DNA of 38,105 nt from an uncultured Bacillales bacterium. Lineage in GTDB: Bacteria > Bacillota_I > Bacilli_A > RF39 > UBA660. The translations under genes were made by a program, and so were the position numbers. Below, in pieces: positions 8,604 through 16,371 of this stretch. The stretch is from assembly GCA_946629545.1 (NCBI GenBank), contig CAMOXZ010000002.1:1-38105 (forward strand), in the 5' to 3' direction. Below the pieces are notes generated by a model, which saw only the letters and a list, made by a program, of their open reading frames with translations, had not been told where the DNA came from and did no database searches. Positions within the stretch are counted from its first letter, which is position 1. Each line of letters opens with the position of its first letter.

Positions 8604-9182
8604 ATGGAACTTAAAAGAATGAGAGATTATACTCATGAAGAATTTGTAAATTTAGTATTAAGTTTAAGTGAAGAAGAATTATTAGAATTAAGTGCTAAAC
8701 ATGGAGGATATCCTGTATTATTTAGAATGGCTTTAGATGATAGAATTAATCACATACCTTTTATTCAAACAGGTGCAGCTATTATAATAAGAAATGAAAA
8801 CGGAGAAATTTTACTTCAAGAAAGAACTGATAGAAATAAATGGGGGTTACCAGGTGGATGCCAAGATCTAGGTGAAGATTTAAGAGATACTGCTGTTAGG
8901 GAAGCATATGAAGAAACAGGTATTAAATTAAATCCTAATGAGATAATATTAATAGATACTCTATCAGGAGAATCTAGAAAAAATAGTTATCCTAATGGAG
9001 ATATAGTTTATAATAATACATCACTATATCTAGCAGATGTTTCATTAGAAGATGCATCTAATTTAAAAGGAGATTCTGAAACAAAAAGATTAAAATTCTT
9101 TAAACCAGAAGAAGTACCAGAAAACTTAATGGATGCTGATTTAATAAAATCATATTTAAACTATAAAGGAAAATCAAGATAA
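8604..9182 (+). CDS. NUDIX hydrolase
   Basis: Nudix box GLPGGCQDLGEDLRDTAVREAYEETGI. An AGGTG RBS at 8593-8597 favours ATG 8604 over GTG 8595. Confidence 0.85.
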   Translation: MELKRMRDYTHEEFVNLVLSLSEEELLELSAKHGGYPVLFRMALDDRINHIPFIQTGAAIIIRNENGEILLQERTDRNKWGLPGGCQDLGEDLRDTAVREAYEETGIKLNPNEIILIDTLSGESRKNSYPNGDIVYNNTSLYLADVSLEDASNLKGDSETKRLKFFKPEEVPENLMDADLIKSYLNYKGKSR

Positions 9183-9183
9183 T

Positions 9184-9214
9184 AAAAACACCTATTAAAA
9201 AATAGGTGTTTTAA
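9184..9214. terminator. Bidirectional terminator between convergent genes
   Basis: AACACCTATT/AATAGGTGTT 10-bp stem flanked by an A-run and a T-run. It overlaps the stop codon of the minus-strand gene. Confidence 0.75.
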
Positions 9215-9557
9215 ATACAACAATTAATATATATCTAATTATTGTAACTAAGCATGTAATTATGAATAAAACCGGAAACGGTTTTATTTTTAATGGCTTA
9301 ATATATCTATCTATTATAAATAATAAAATAGTTAATAACCAAAATATACATGAATAATTATAATGTAATGAAGATTTTATATCTCCAGTAAATAAAGCAA
9401 TTGTTGCTCTTGTTAATCCACAACCTGGACAATCTATATGGAATAATATTTGAACAATACATGTTTTATGAAATATTAATTCTGTAACTACTAAATAAAT
9501 AATAGCTATTAGTAATACATACCAATAGTTTTTTATATCTTCTTTAAGCTTTTTCAT
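9195..9557 (-). CDS. DUF2752-like membrane protein
   Basis: CPGCGLTRA motif plus 4 hydrophobic helices. The start is placed at MKKLKEDIK, 1 nt after the upstream gene's stop. The longer ORF in the track overlaps that gene. Confidence 0.65.
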   Translation of the reverse strand: MKKLKEDIKNYWYVLLIAIIYLVVTELIFHKTCIVQILFHIDCPGCGLTRATIALFTGDIKSSLHYNYSCIFWLLTILLFIIDRYIKPLKIKPFPVLFIITCLVTIIRYILIVVFKTPIF

Positions 9558-9558
9558 T

Positions 9559-9858
9559 TTAATTATTAGCGTATGTTGCAAATACTGCAGCACCACCAAA
9601 TACAAAGAAGAATAAAGCAAATATAATAGCAGCAATAATCATGTAACAGAAATAACTTCTAGCAAAGTTCTTTAGATTTATATTCTTAGTACCACCAAAT
9701 GCAAATACTAATAATAGGATAAATCCAACACATGGAATAGAGAATAATAATTCATATCCAAAATATCCCCACATACTAATTGGTTTATATTCTTCTGGTA
9801 TATTAACAGTTTTAGTAGTATAAGTTAAAACTCCATTTTCATTTTTTTCTTCAGTCAT
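9559..9858 (-). CDS. Small two-pass membrane protein, function unknown
   Basis: AAAGGTGG RBS and two long hydrophobic segments. Co-oriented and contiguous with the DUF2752 gene. Confidence 0.55.
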   Translation of the reverse strand: MTEEKNENGVLTYTTKTVNIPEEYKPISMWGYFGYELLFSIPCVGFILLLVFAFGGTKNINLKNFARSYFCYMIIAAIIFALFFFVFGGAAVFATYANN

Positions 9859-9985
9859 AAACGCACCACCTTTCTTATATTAAAAATAACATATATTAAA
9901 AAAATAGTAAATAAAATGAGACTATTTCTTGATTTAATGTATAATATATTATATAATATCTAGTACAAAAAAAGGGGAGAAGTAG

Positions 9986-10633
9986 ATGACAGATCCATAT
10001 ATAAATCAGAATAGTGTACTAATAAATAAATTAGGTATAACTGATTATGATGAATTAAATAGAGCAGAACAAATGATAGGTCATGTAAAATTACAAAACT
10101 TAAATCAAATAAAAATCACTTCATTCAATGAAGAATTAATTCAAGATATTCATGGTTTTATATTTAAAGATATATTTGCGTGGGCTGGTAATTATAGAGT
10201 TACTCCATTATTTAAAGAAGAATTAGTATTACCTAGATATAGTGTTCCATATAGTGAACCTAAAATGATATCACATGATTTAAATAAAAGACTAGAAGAT
10301 GTAAATAATACTAAATGGAGTGGAATGAGTGAAGAAGAATTAACAATGTTATTTGCAAGAAAAATGGCATTAGTTTGGAAAGTACATCCATTTAGAGATG
10401 GTAATACAAGAACAATAGTATCTTTCTCATATTTATTTGCTCGTGAATATGGATTTAATATGGATATGAATGTATTCATAGATAATCTGATGAGAATATA
10501 TAAAGAAGAAAAAATAGTTAGATACAGTATAAGAGATAAATTCGTATTAGCATCATTAGATGATAAGGATTATCCTGAAGTTCAAGCACTTGCTAAAGTA
10601 TATAAAAAAGCAATAAATAATTATAGACAATAA
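9986..10633 (+). CDS. Fic/DOC (Fido) domain protein with a non-canonical active-site motif
   Basis: HPFRDGNTRTIV aligns to the Fic motif HxFx(D/E)GNGRxxR but has G to T and a final R to V. GGGGAG RBS. Confidence 0.8.
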   Translation: MTDPYINQNSVLINKLGITDYDELNRAEQMIGHVKLQNLNQIKITSFNEELIQDIHGFIFKDIFAWAGNYRVTPLFKEELVLPRYSVPYSEPKMISHDLNKRLEDVNNTKWSGMSEEELTMLFARKMALVWKVHPFRDGNTRTIVSFSYLFAREYGFNMDMNVFIDNLMRIYKEEKIVRYSIRDKFVLASLDDKDYPEVQALAKVYKKAINNYRQ

Positions 10634-10673
10634 GACTTCCTATTATTATAATAATATTAGTAGGAGGTCTTTT

Positions 10674-12227
10674 ATGTATATAAATGATAAAGTATTAGTA
10701 GGAAAAAGTAATGAAAAGGAATTATCAATTTTACTAAATAAAGCAAATAGACATGGTTTAATTACAGGAGCTAGTGGTAGTGGTAAAACTATTACTTCTA
10801 AAGTAATGGCTGAGAGTTTTTCAGATGCAGGAATACCAGTATTTATGGCTGATGTTAAAGGAGATTTAGCTGGTACTGCATTACAAGGAGAACCAAATGA
10901 AAATATAGATTCAAGAGTAACTAAACTAGGTTTAGATGGATTTGAATATAGAAACTTCCCAGTAAGATTTTGGGATATATTTGGAGACTATGGTCATCCA
11001 ATAAGAACATCACTAGATTCAGTAGGACCAGAAATTCTATCTATGATGTTAGGATTAAGTGAAACTCAAGAAGGAGTTTTAACAGTAGTTTATAAAATAG
11101 CAAGAGACAATGACTGGGAATTAGATGATATAAAAGATTTAAGATTATTACTACAATATGTAGGTGATAATAGAGAAAAGTTTACAACTTCTTATGGTAA
11201 TGTAACTACTCAATCAGTAGGAGTTATTCAAAGATGTTTATTAGCATTAGAAAATCAAGGAGGAGACAAATTCTTTGGACAACCTGAACTTGATATAAAT
11301 GATTTTTTAACAGTAGATTCTAATGGTAAAGGTATGATTAATATACTTCATGCAGTTAAGTTATTTGAATCACCTGATTTATTTGCATCATTCTTATTAT
11401 GGTTATTAACTACTCTATATAATAAAATGCCTGAAGTAGGGGATTTAGATAAACCTAAAATGGTATTCTTCTTTGATGAAGCACATTTATTATTTAATGG
11501 AATGCCAGAATATCGTTTAAAAAGAATTGTACAAGTTGTTAAATTAATAAGATCTCGTGGTATTGGATTATACTTTGTATCACAATCTCCAGCAGATATT
11601 CCAAATGATATAATTGCTCAATTAGGAAATCGTGTACAACATACTTTAAGAGCATATACTCCAACAGAATTAAAAGCAGTTAAAGTAGCTGCAGATTCAT
11701 TTAGAACTAATCCAGAATTTAATACATATGATGCAATTCTTAACTTAGGTACAGGTGAAGCATTAATTAGTTTCCAAAATGAAAATGGAGAACCAGAAGT
11801 AGTACAAAAAGCAACTATTCTTCCACCACAAAGTAAAATGGGAGTAATTGATGATATCTCAAGAAATAAAATAATTAATTCTTCAAGTCTATTAGGTAAA
11901 TATGATGAAGTAGTAGAAAGAGAATCAGCATATGAAGAAATAGAAGAAATTAATAAATTAATAAAAGAAAAATATGAGGCTGAAGCAGCAGCTAAAGAAG
12001 AAGAAAAACAAAGACAATTAGAAGAAAAAGAAGCTGAAAAACAAGCTAAGTTAGAAGAAAAAGCTAAAAAGGAAGAAGAACGTGCAGCTGAGAAGAAAAA
12101 ACGTGAAGAAGAAAAGAAAAAGAAAAATTCTATAGAATATAAATTAGGTAAAAAGGTATTTAATTCTGCAAGTAATAAAGTAATTAATAAAGGATTAAAT
12201 GCTATATTTAAAAACTTCTTTAAGTAG
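10674..12227 (+). CDS. HerA-like / DUF853 (YjgR-type) P-loop ATPase with a K/E-rich coiled-coil tail
   Basis: Walker A GASGSGKT and Walker B MVFFFDEAH. The length and layout match YjgR-type proteins. The C-terminal roughly 100 aa are E/K/A-rich. Confidence 0.75.
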   Translation: MYINDKVLVGKSNEKELSILLNKANRHGLITGASGSGKTITSKVMAESFSDAGIPVFMADVKGDLAGTALQGEPNENIDSRVTKLGLDGFEYRNFPVRFWDIFGDYGHPIRTSLDSVGPEILSMMLGLSETQEGVLTVVYKIARDNDWELDDIKDLRLLLQYVGDNREKFTTSYGNVTTQSVGVIQRCLLALENQGGDKFFGQPELDINDFLTVDSNGKGMINILHAVKLFESPDLFASFLLWLLTTLYNKMPEVGDLDKPKMVFFFDEAHLLFNGMPEYRLKRIVQVVKLIRSRGIGLYFVSQSPADIPNDIIAQLGNRVQHTLRAYTPTELKAVKVAADSFRTNPEFNTYDAILNLGTGEALISFQNENGEPEVVQKATILPPQSKMGVIDDISRNKIINSSSLLGKYDEVVERESAYEEIEEINKLIKEKYEAEAAAKEEEKQRQLEEKEAEKQAKLEEKAKKEEERAAEKKKREEEKKKKNSIEYKLGKKVFNSASNKVINKGLNAIFKNFFK

Positions 12228-12233
12228 TAAAAA

Positions 12234-12267
12234 GAAACAAATTATGTAAAAATAATTTGTTTTTTTC
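12234..12267 (+). terminator. Intrinsic terminator
   Basis: AAACAAATTAT/ATAATTTGTTT 11-bp stem followed by a T-run. Confidence 0.75.
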
Positions 12268-12288
12268 ATATACTTTATTGGTGATTAG

Positions 12289-12876
12289 ATGTCTAACTTT
12301 GTACTAGATTTAATAGGAAACTTTGGATACTTTGGAATGTTTATAGGTATGGTTTTAGAAGCAGTAATTATAGTAATACCAAGTGAACTAATTCTAGCTA
12401 CAGGAGGTATATTAGCTAGTCAAGGTATATTTACTTTTTGGGGTTCATTTTTTATAGGCTTAATAGGTAGTGTATTTTGTGCCATAGTAATTTATTTAAT
12501 GGGTTATTTTGGAGGTAGACCATTCATAAAGAAATATGGTAAATACTTTTTTATGAAAGAAGAAGATATATTAAAGTCAGATTCTTGGTTTAATAAATAT
12601 GGTATGTTAAGTGCACTAATAGGTAGAAACTTTCCTATAGTAAGAACACTAATATCTCTACCAATAGGTATTACAAAACAACCATTTATAAAGTTTATTA
12701 TTTATACCACAATAGGTTCTATTCCATGGACGTTAGCTTTTGTTTATGTAGGTTATACTCTAGGAGAAAATTGGATAATACTAAGTACTTATGTAGGTTA
12801 TTTAAAAACACCTATAAGAGTAATAATTATTCTCTTACTATTTACTTTTATTTATAAGAAATTAAAGAAGCAATAA
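12289..12876 (+). CDS. DedA-family membrane protein
   Basis: Typical DedA/SNARE-associated pattern (GYFGMFIGMVLE..IPSELIL; FIGRNFPIVRTLISLPIG). Confidence 0.8.
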   Translation: MSNFVLDLIGNFGYFGMFIGMVLEAVIIVIPSELILATGGILASQGIFTFWGSFFIGLIGSVFCAIVIYLMGYFGGRPFIKKYGKYFFMKEEDILKSDSWFNKYGMLSALIGRNFPIVRTLISLPIGITKQPFIKFIIYTTIGSIPWTLAFVYVGYTLGENWIILSTYVGYLKTPIRVIIILLLFTFIYKKLKKQ

Positions 12877-12925
12877 ATTGACTATTATATAAAATACTAA
12901 TATAATAAAACTAATAGGAGGATAT

Positions 12926-13402
12926 ATGAAAAAAATAGTTTTAAGTATATTAGCTGTATTCGGAATAGTATTATTAACAGGATGTGGTGCAAAACTAGAT
13001 TTAAGTAAAACATCACATATTATATGTAGAAAGACAGAAACAAAATCAAGTGATATTACTACTACAGTATTAGCTCTAGCATATGATAAAAATGAAAAAA
13101 TTACAGATTTCAAAGTAGACACAGATGTTCAATACATTAAACAAATGTCACCTGAAGCAATTAAAATAGTTGAAAAAACAATGAAACTAATTGGTAAAAT
13201 TCCTGGAATAAGTTTTGAATCAAAAGTAGGTGACAGTAGTCTTTACTATAGTTTCTCAGGTAATATTAAAATGTTTAAAACAATAATGAAACAAGCTAAT
13301 AAAGATTATGATGAAACAAAAGTAACAGGTGATACTAAATCTGAAGCCTTAAAAGAATTAACTAAAGATGGTTATACTTGTGAAGATTATGTAAAAGAAT
13401 AA
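12926..13402 (+). CDS. Lipoprotein (YehR/DUF1307-like)
   Basis: Signal peptide with lipobox LLTGC. AGGAGG RBS. Confidence 0.6.
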   Translation: MKKIVLSILAVFGIVLLTGCGAKLDLSKTSHIICRKTETKSSDITTTVLALAYDKNEKITDFKVDTDVQYIKQMSPEAIKIVEKTMKLIGKIPGISFESKVGDSSLYYSFSGNIKMFKTIMKQANKDYDETKVTGDTKSEALKELTKDGYTCEDYVKE

Positions 13403-13407
13403 TAAAT

Positions 13408-13438
13408 AAAATACTAGAAAATTCTAGTATTTTTTTTT
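13408..13438 (+). terminator. Intrinsic terminator
   Basis: ATACTAGAA/TTCTAGTAT stem followed by 8 T. Confidence 0.75.
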
Positions 13439-13444
13439 GTTTTG

Positions 13445-13453
13445 TGTTATAAT
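13445..13453 (+). promoter_or_regulatory. Extended -10 (TGtTATAAT) upstream of typA
   Basis: Exact TGnTATAAT 28 nt upstream of ATG 13482. Confidence 0.5.
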
Positions 13454-13481
13454 GAGTAGGCGTGTGTAAAGAGGTGTAATT

Positions 13482-15299
13482 ATGGAAAAAAGAAATGTTG
13501 CAATAATCGCCCATGTAGACCATGGTAAAACTACACTTGTAGATGGTATATTAAAACATTCTGGAATGTTCAGAGATAATGAAGATTTATCTAACTTATC
13601 AATGGATTCAAATGATCTAGAACATGAAAGAGGAATTACTATTTTAGCTAAAACAACTGCATTAGATTATAAAGGAGTAAGAATTAATATTTTAGATACT
13701 CCAGGACATGCAGACTTTGGTGGAGAAGTAGAACGTATTATGAACATGGTTGATGGTGTTCTATTAGTAGTAGATGCTTATGAAGGAGCAATGCCACAAA
13801 CTAGATTCGTACTTAAAAAAGCTTTTGAAGCTGGAGTTAAACCAATAGTAGTTATTAACAAGGTTGATAAACCAAGTGCTAGATGTAAGCAAGTAGTAGA
13901 TGAAGTATTAGATTTATTTATTGAATTAGGTGCAGATGATGATCAATTAGACTTTGATGTTATTTATGCATCAGCTCTAAATAATACTTGTTCATTAAGT
14001 GATGATTTGTCTACTCAAACTGAAGGATTCAGTGAAATTTTAGACAAGATTATTGAAGTAATCCCAGCACCAAAAGGTAGTGTAGATGAACCACTACAAT
14101 TCCAACCAGCATTATTAGACTATAATGAATTCGTTGGACGTATTGGTATTGGTAGAGTACACAATGGTAAAATTAAAACAGGTGAAATGGTTACTTGTTG
14201 TAGATTAGATGGTACTACTAAACAATTTAGAATTCAAAAACTATTTGGATACATGGGATATAGTAGAATTGAAATAGAAGAAGCAGAAGCTGGAGATATC
14301 GTAGCTATATCTGGATTAGCTGACATTAGTGTAGGTGAAACAGTATGCAATAATGATAATATTCTTCCACTTCCAAAACTTCACATTGATGAACCAACTC
14401 TTCAAATGACATTTGGTGCTAACTCAAGCCCAATGGTAGGAAGAGACGGTAAAATAGTAACAGCTAGAAAGATTGAAGAAAGACTATATAAAGAAACTCA
14501 AAGAGATGTATCTTTAAAAGTAGAACCAGCTACTAATGAATCATTCTTAGTAAGTGGTCGTGGAGAACTTCATTTAGGAATCTTAATTGAAAATATGAGA
14601 CGTGAAGGCTTTGAGTTAGAGGTTTCAAAACCAACAGTTATCATTAAAGAAATAAATGGTCAAAAATATGAACCATATGAAGAATTACAAATAGAAGTAC
14701 CAGAAGAATCTGTAGGACCAGTTATTGAACAATTAGGTATCCGTGGTGGTAAGATGGATAATATGACTAACTTTGAAAATCAAGTTAGATTACTTTATAC
14801 AATCCCTTCACGTGGATTAATTGGTTTCTCAACAGACTTCATGACATTAACTAAAGGTTATGGTATTATGAACCATACATTTAAAGAATATATGCCATAT
14901 GAAAATGTTGATATTGGTGAAAGAAAACTAGGAGTTCTAGTTTCTATGGAAAATGGTAATTCAACTGCATACTCAATTGGTAACCTAGAAGATAGAGGTA
15001 TCATGTTCATTGAACCAGGTACTGAAGTATATGAAGGTATGATTGTTGGAGAATGTAATAGAGATAATGACCTAGCAGTAAACGTAGTTAAAGGTAAACA
15101 ATTAACTAATACTCGTGCTGCAGGAAGTGATCACACAGTAGTATTAAAAAGACCAAGACCAATCACACTTGAATATGCCTTAGATTATATTAATTCAGAT
15201 GAGTTAATTGAAGTTACACCTAACTTTATTCGTTTAAGAAAGAGAATACTTAATACAGAAGAAAGAAAGAAATTTGATGCAAAATATAAAAATAACTAG
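13482..15299 (+). CDS. typA: Translational GTPase TypA/BipA
   Basis: G-domain motifs [17 protein letters not shown] and NKVD. The 605-aa length and the C-terminal region ([13 protein letters not shown]) are characteristic of BipA. Confidence 0.93.
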   Translation: MEKRNVAIIAHVDHGKTTLVDGILKHSGMFRDNEDLSNLSMDSNDLEHERGITILAKTTALDYKGVRINILDTPGHADFGGEVERIMNMVDGVLLVVDAYEGAMPQTRFVLKKAFEAGVKPIVVINKVDKPSARCKQVVDEVLDLFIELGADDDQLDFDVIYASALNNTCSLSDDLSTQTEGFSEILDKIIEVIPAPKGSVDEPLQFQPALLDYNEFVGRIGIGRVHNGKIKTGEMVTCCRLDGTTKQFRIQKLFGYMGYSRIEIEEAEAGDIVAISGLADISVGETVCNNDNILPLPKLHIDEPTLQMTFGANSSPMVGRDGKIVTARKIEERLYKETQRDVSLKVEPATNESFLVSGRGELHLGILIENMRREGFELEVSKPTVIIKEINGQKYEPYEELQIEVPEESVGPVIEQLGIRGGKMDNMTNFENQVRLLYTIPSRGLIGFSTDFMTLTKGYGIMNHTFKEYMPYENVDIGERKLGVLVSMENGNSTAYSIGNLEDRGIMFIEPGTEVYEGMIVGECNRDNDLAVNVVKGKQLTNTRAAGSDHTVVLKRPRPITLEYALDYINSDELIEVTPNFIRLRKRILNTEERKKFDAKYKNN

Positions 15300-15318
15300 A
15301 AATAGTTATTTTTTTTTG
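15292..15318 (+). terminator. Intrinsic terminator after typA
   Basis: ATAACTA/TAGTTAT stem with a GAAA loop, followed by a T-run. Confidence 0.65.
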
Positions 15319-15325
15319 ATTTTTC

Positions 15326-15355
15326 TTGTATATATAATTTGTATTTTGTTATAAT
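15326..15355 (+). promoter_or_regulatory. Promoter (TTGTAT, 18-nt spacer, TGtTATAAT)
   Basis: Read directly. It precedes ATG 15379. Confidence 0.45.
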
Positions 15356-15378
15356 GAAAATGGTAGAGGTGAGTAAAA

Positions 15379-16056
15379 ATGAATAATCAAGAAGTTAGAC
15401 AAATATCAGATGAAGACATCAGACAAGAACTAACAAAAGAAGAATTACAACAAACTCAAGTACTTAACTTTCAAGAACTACAAGAAACAGTAAAACTAGA
15501 AAAAAAAGCACATAGAAGTCCAGCTGTTTTAGTAGCTGTCATTGGAATCATTTCTATATTATTTGGTGGTTCACTTCAAATAGCTAATATCTTAAATATA
15601 GAACCTCAAGGCATTCAAAAAAGGGATACAAAACAAAACACAAAAATTGAAATAAAAGAACTTAATTGTACAAAAACATCTTTAAATAATACTGATGGTA
15701 CAAATACAATATATAAAATAGTTTATAATTTTGAAAATAAAAAATTAGTAGGATTTACTAAAGAATATAGTATAAGTGCTACACCAGGTAAAGAAGAAGG
15801 AAAAAAATCTATTGAAAAGTATTCTAAAGAATATGAATCATTATTAAATGAAATACCTGGATATAAAATAAAAATAAATACAACTTCAGATACTACAATG
15901 AGTATAAAAGTAGTAGTAGATTATAAAAAATTAGATTTAACTAAATTAAATGAAATACAAAAAACTAAACCATTCACTAAAGTAGACTATTATAGAAATG
16001 CCTCTTATTACACTATAAAAAGTGAAACTATAGGTGATGGATTTACAGTAGAATAA
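15379..16056 (+). CDS. Membrane-anchored extracytoplasmic protein, function unknown
   Basis: AGAGGTGA RBS, one TM helix (AVLVAVIGIISILFGG), and a hydrophilic C-terminal domain. Confidence 0.5.
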   Translation: MNNQEVRQISDEDIRQELTKEELQQTQVLNFQELQETVKLEKKAHRSPAVLVAVIGIISILFGGSLQIANILNIEPQGIQKRDTKQNTKIEIKELNCTKTSLNNTDGTNTIYKIVYNFENKKLVGFTKEYSISATPGKEEGKKSIEKYSKEYESLLNEIPGYKIKINTTSDTTMSIKVVVDYKKLDLTKLNEIQKTKPFTKVDYYRNASYYTIKSETIGDGFTVE

Positions 16057-16064
16057 TAAAAATA

Positions 16065-16090
16065 AAAGCTGCAATTATGCAGCTTTTTCA
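16065..16090. terminator. Bidirectional terminator; the rpmB stop codon sits in the loop
   Basis: AAAGCTGCA/TGCAGCTTT 9-bp stem with loop ATTA. Confidence 0.7.
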
Positions 16091-16254
16091 TTTTTCTTTA
16101 AAGTTCTAATTTCTTTAGCAGAAAGTCTAACTTTAGTACCGTCTTCTAATCTATATACTTGTAAATTAACATTTTGTCTAGTCTTAGTAGCGTTTAAAGC
16201 ATGAGATCTAATGTTTTTTACATTACCTTTTCTTCCTGATATATTTACTGCCAT
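16075..16254 (-). CDS. rpmB: 50S ribosomal protein L28
   Basis: MAVNISGRKGNVKNIRSHALNATKTRQNVNLQ matches the L28 core (GN..SHA.N..KR....NLQ). A GGAGGG RBS precedes this ATG. The longer ORF in the track has no RBS. Confidence 0.88.
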   Translation of the reverse strand: MAVNISGRKGNVKNIRSHALNATKTRQNVNLQVYRLEDGTKVRLSAKEIRTLKKNEKAA

Positions 16255-16285
16255 GTTATTCCCTCCTTTGGCTCCTCGCTTAATA

Positions 16286-16314
16286 ATATTACCATATAAA
16301 CTATATAAAGTCAA
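16286..16314 (-). promoter_or_regulatory. Promoter for rpmB
   Basis: On the minus strand: TTGACT, 17-nt spacer, TAATAT. Confidence 0.5.
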
Positions 16315-16342
16315 ATAAAATAAGGAAAAAATAAGCATTATA

Positions 16343-16351
16343 TGTTAAAAT
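16343..16351 (+). promoter_or_regulatory. Extended -10 (TGtTAAAAT) upstream of dnaE
   Basis: Read directly, 20 nt upstream of ATG 16372. Confidence 0.4.
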
Positions 16352-16371
16352 AATCTAAAGGAGGTATTATT

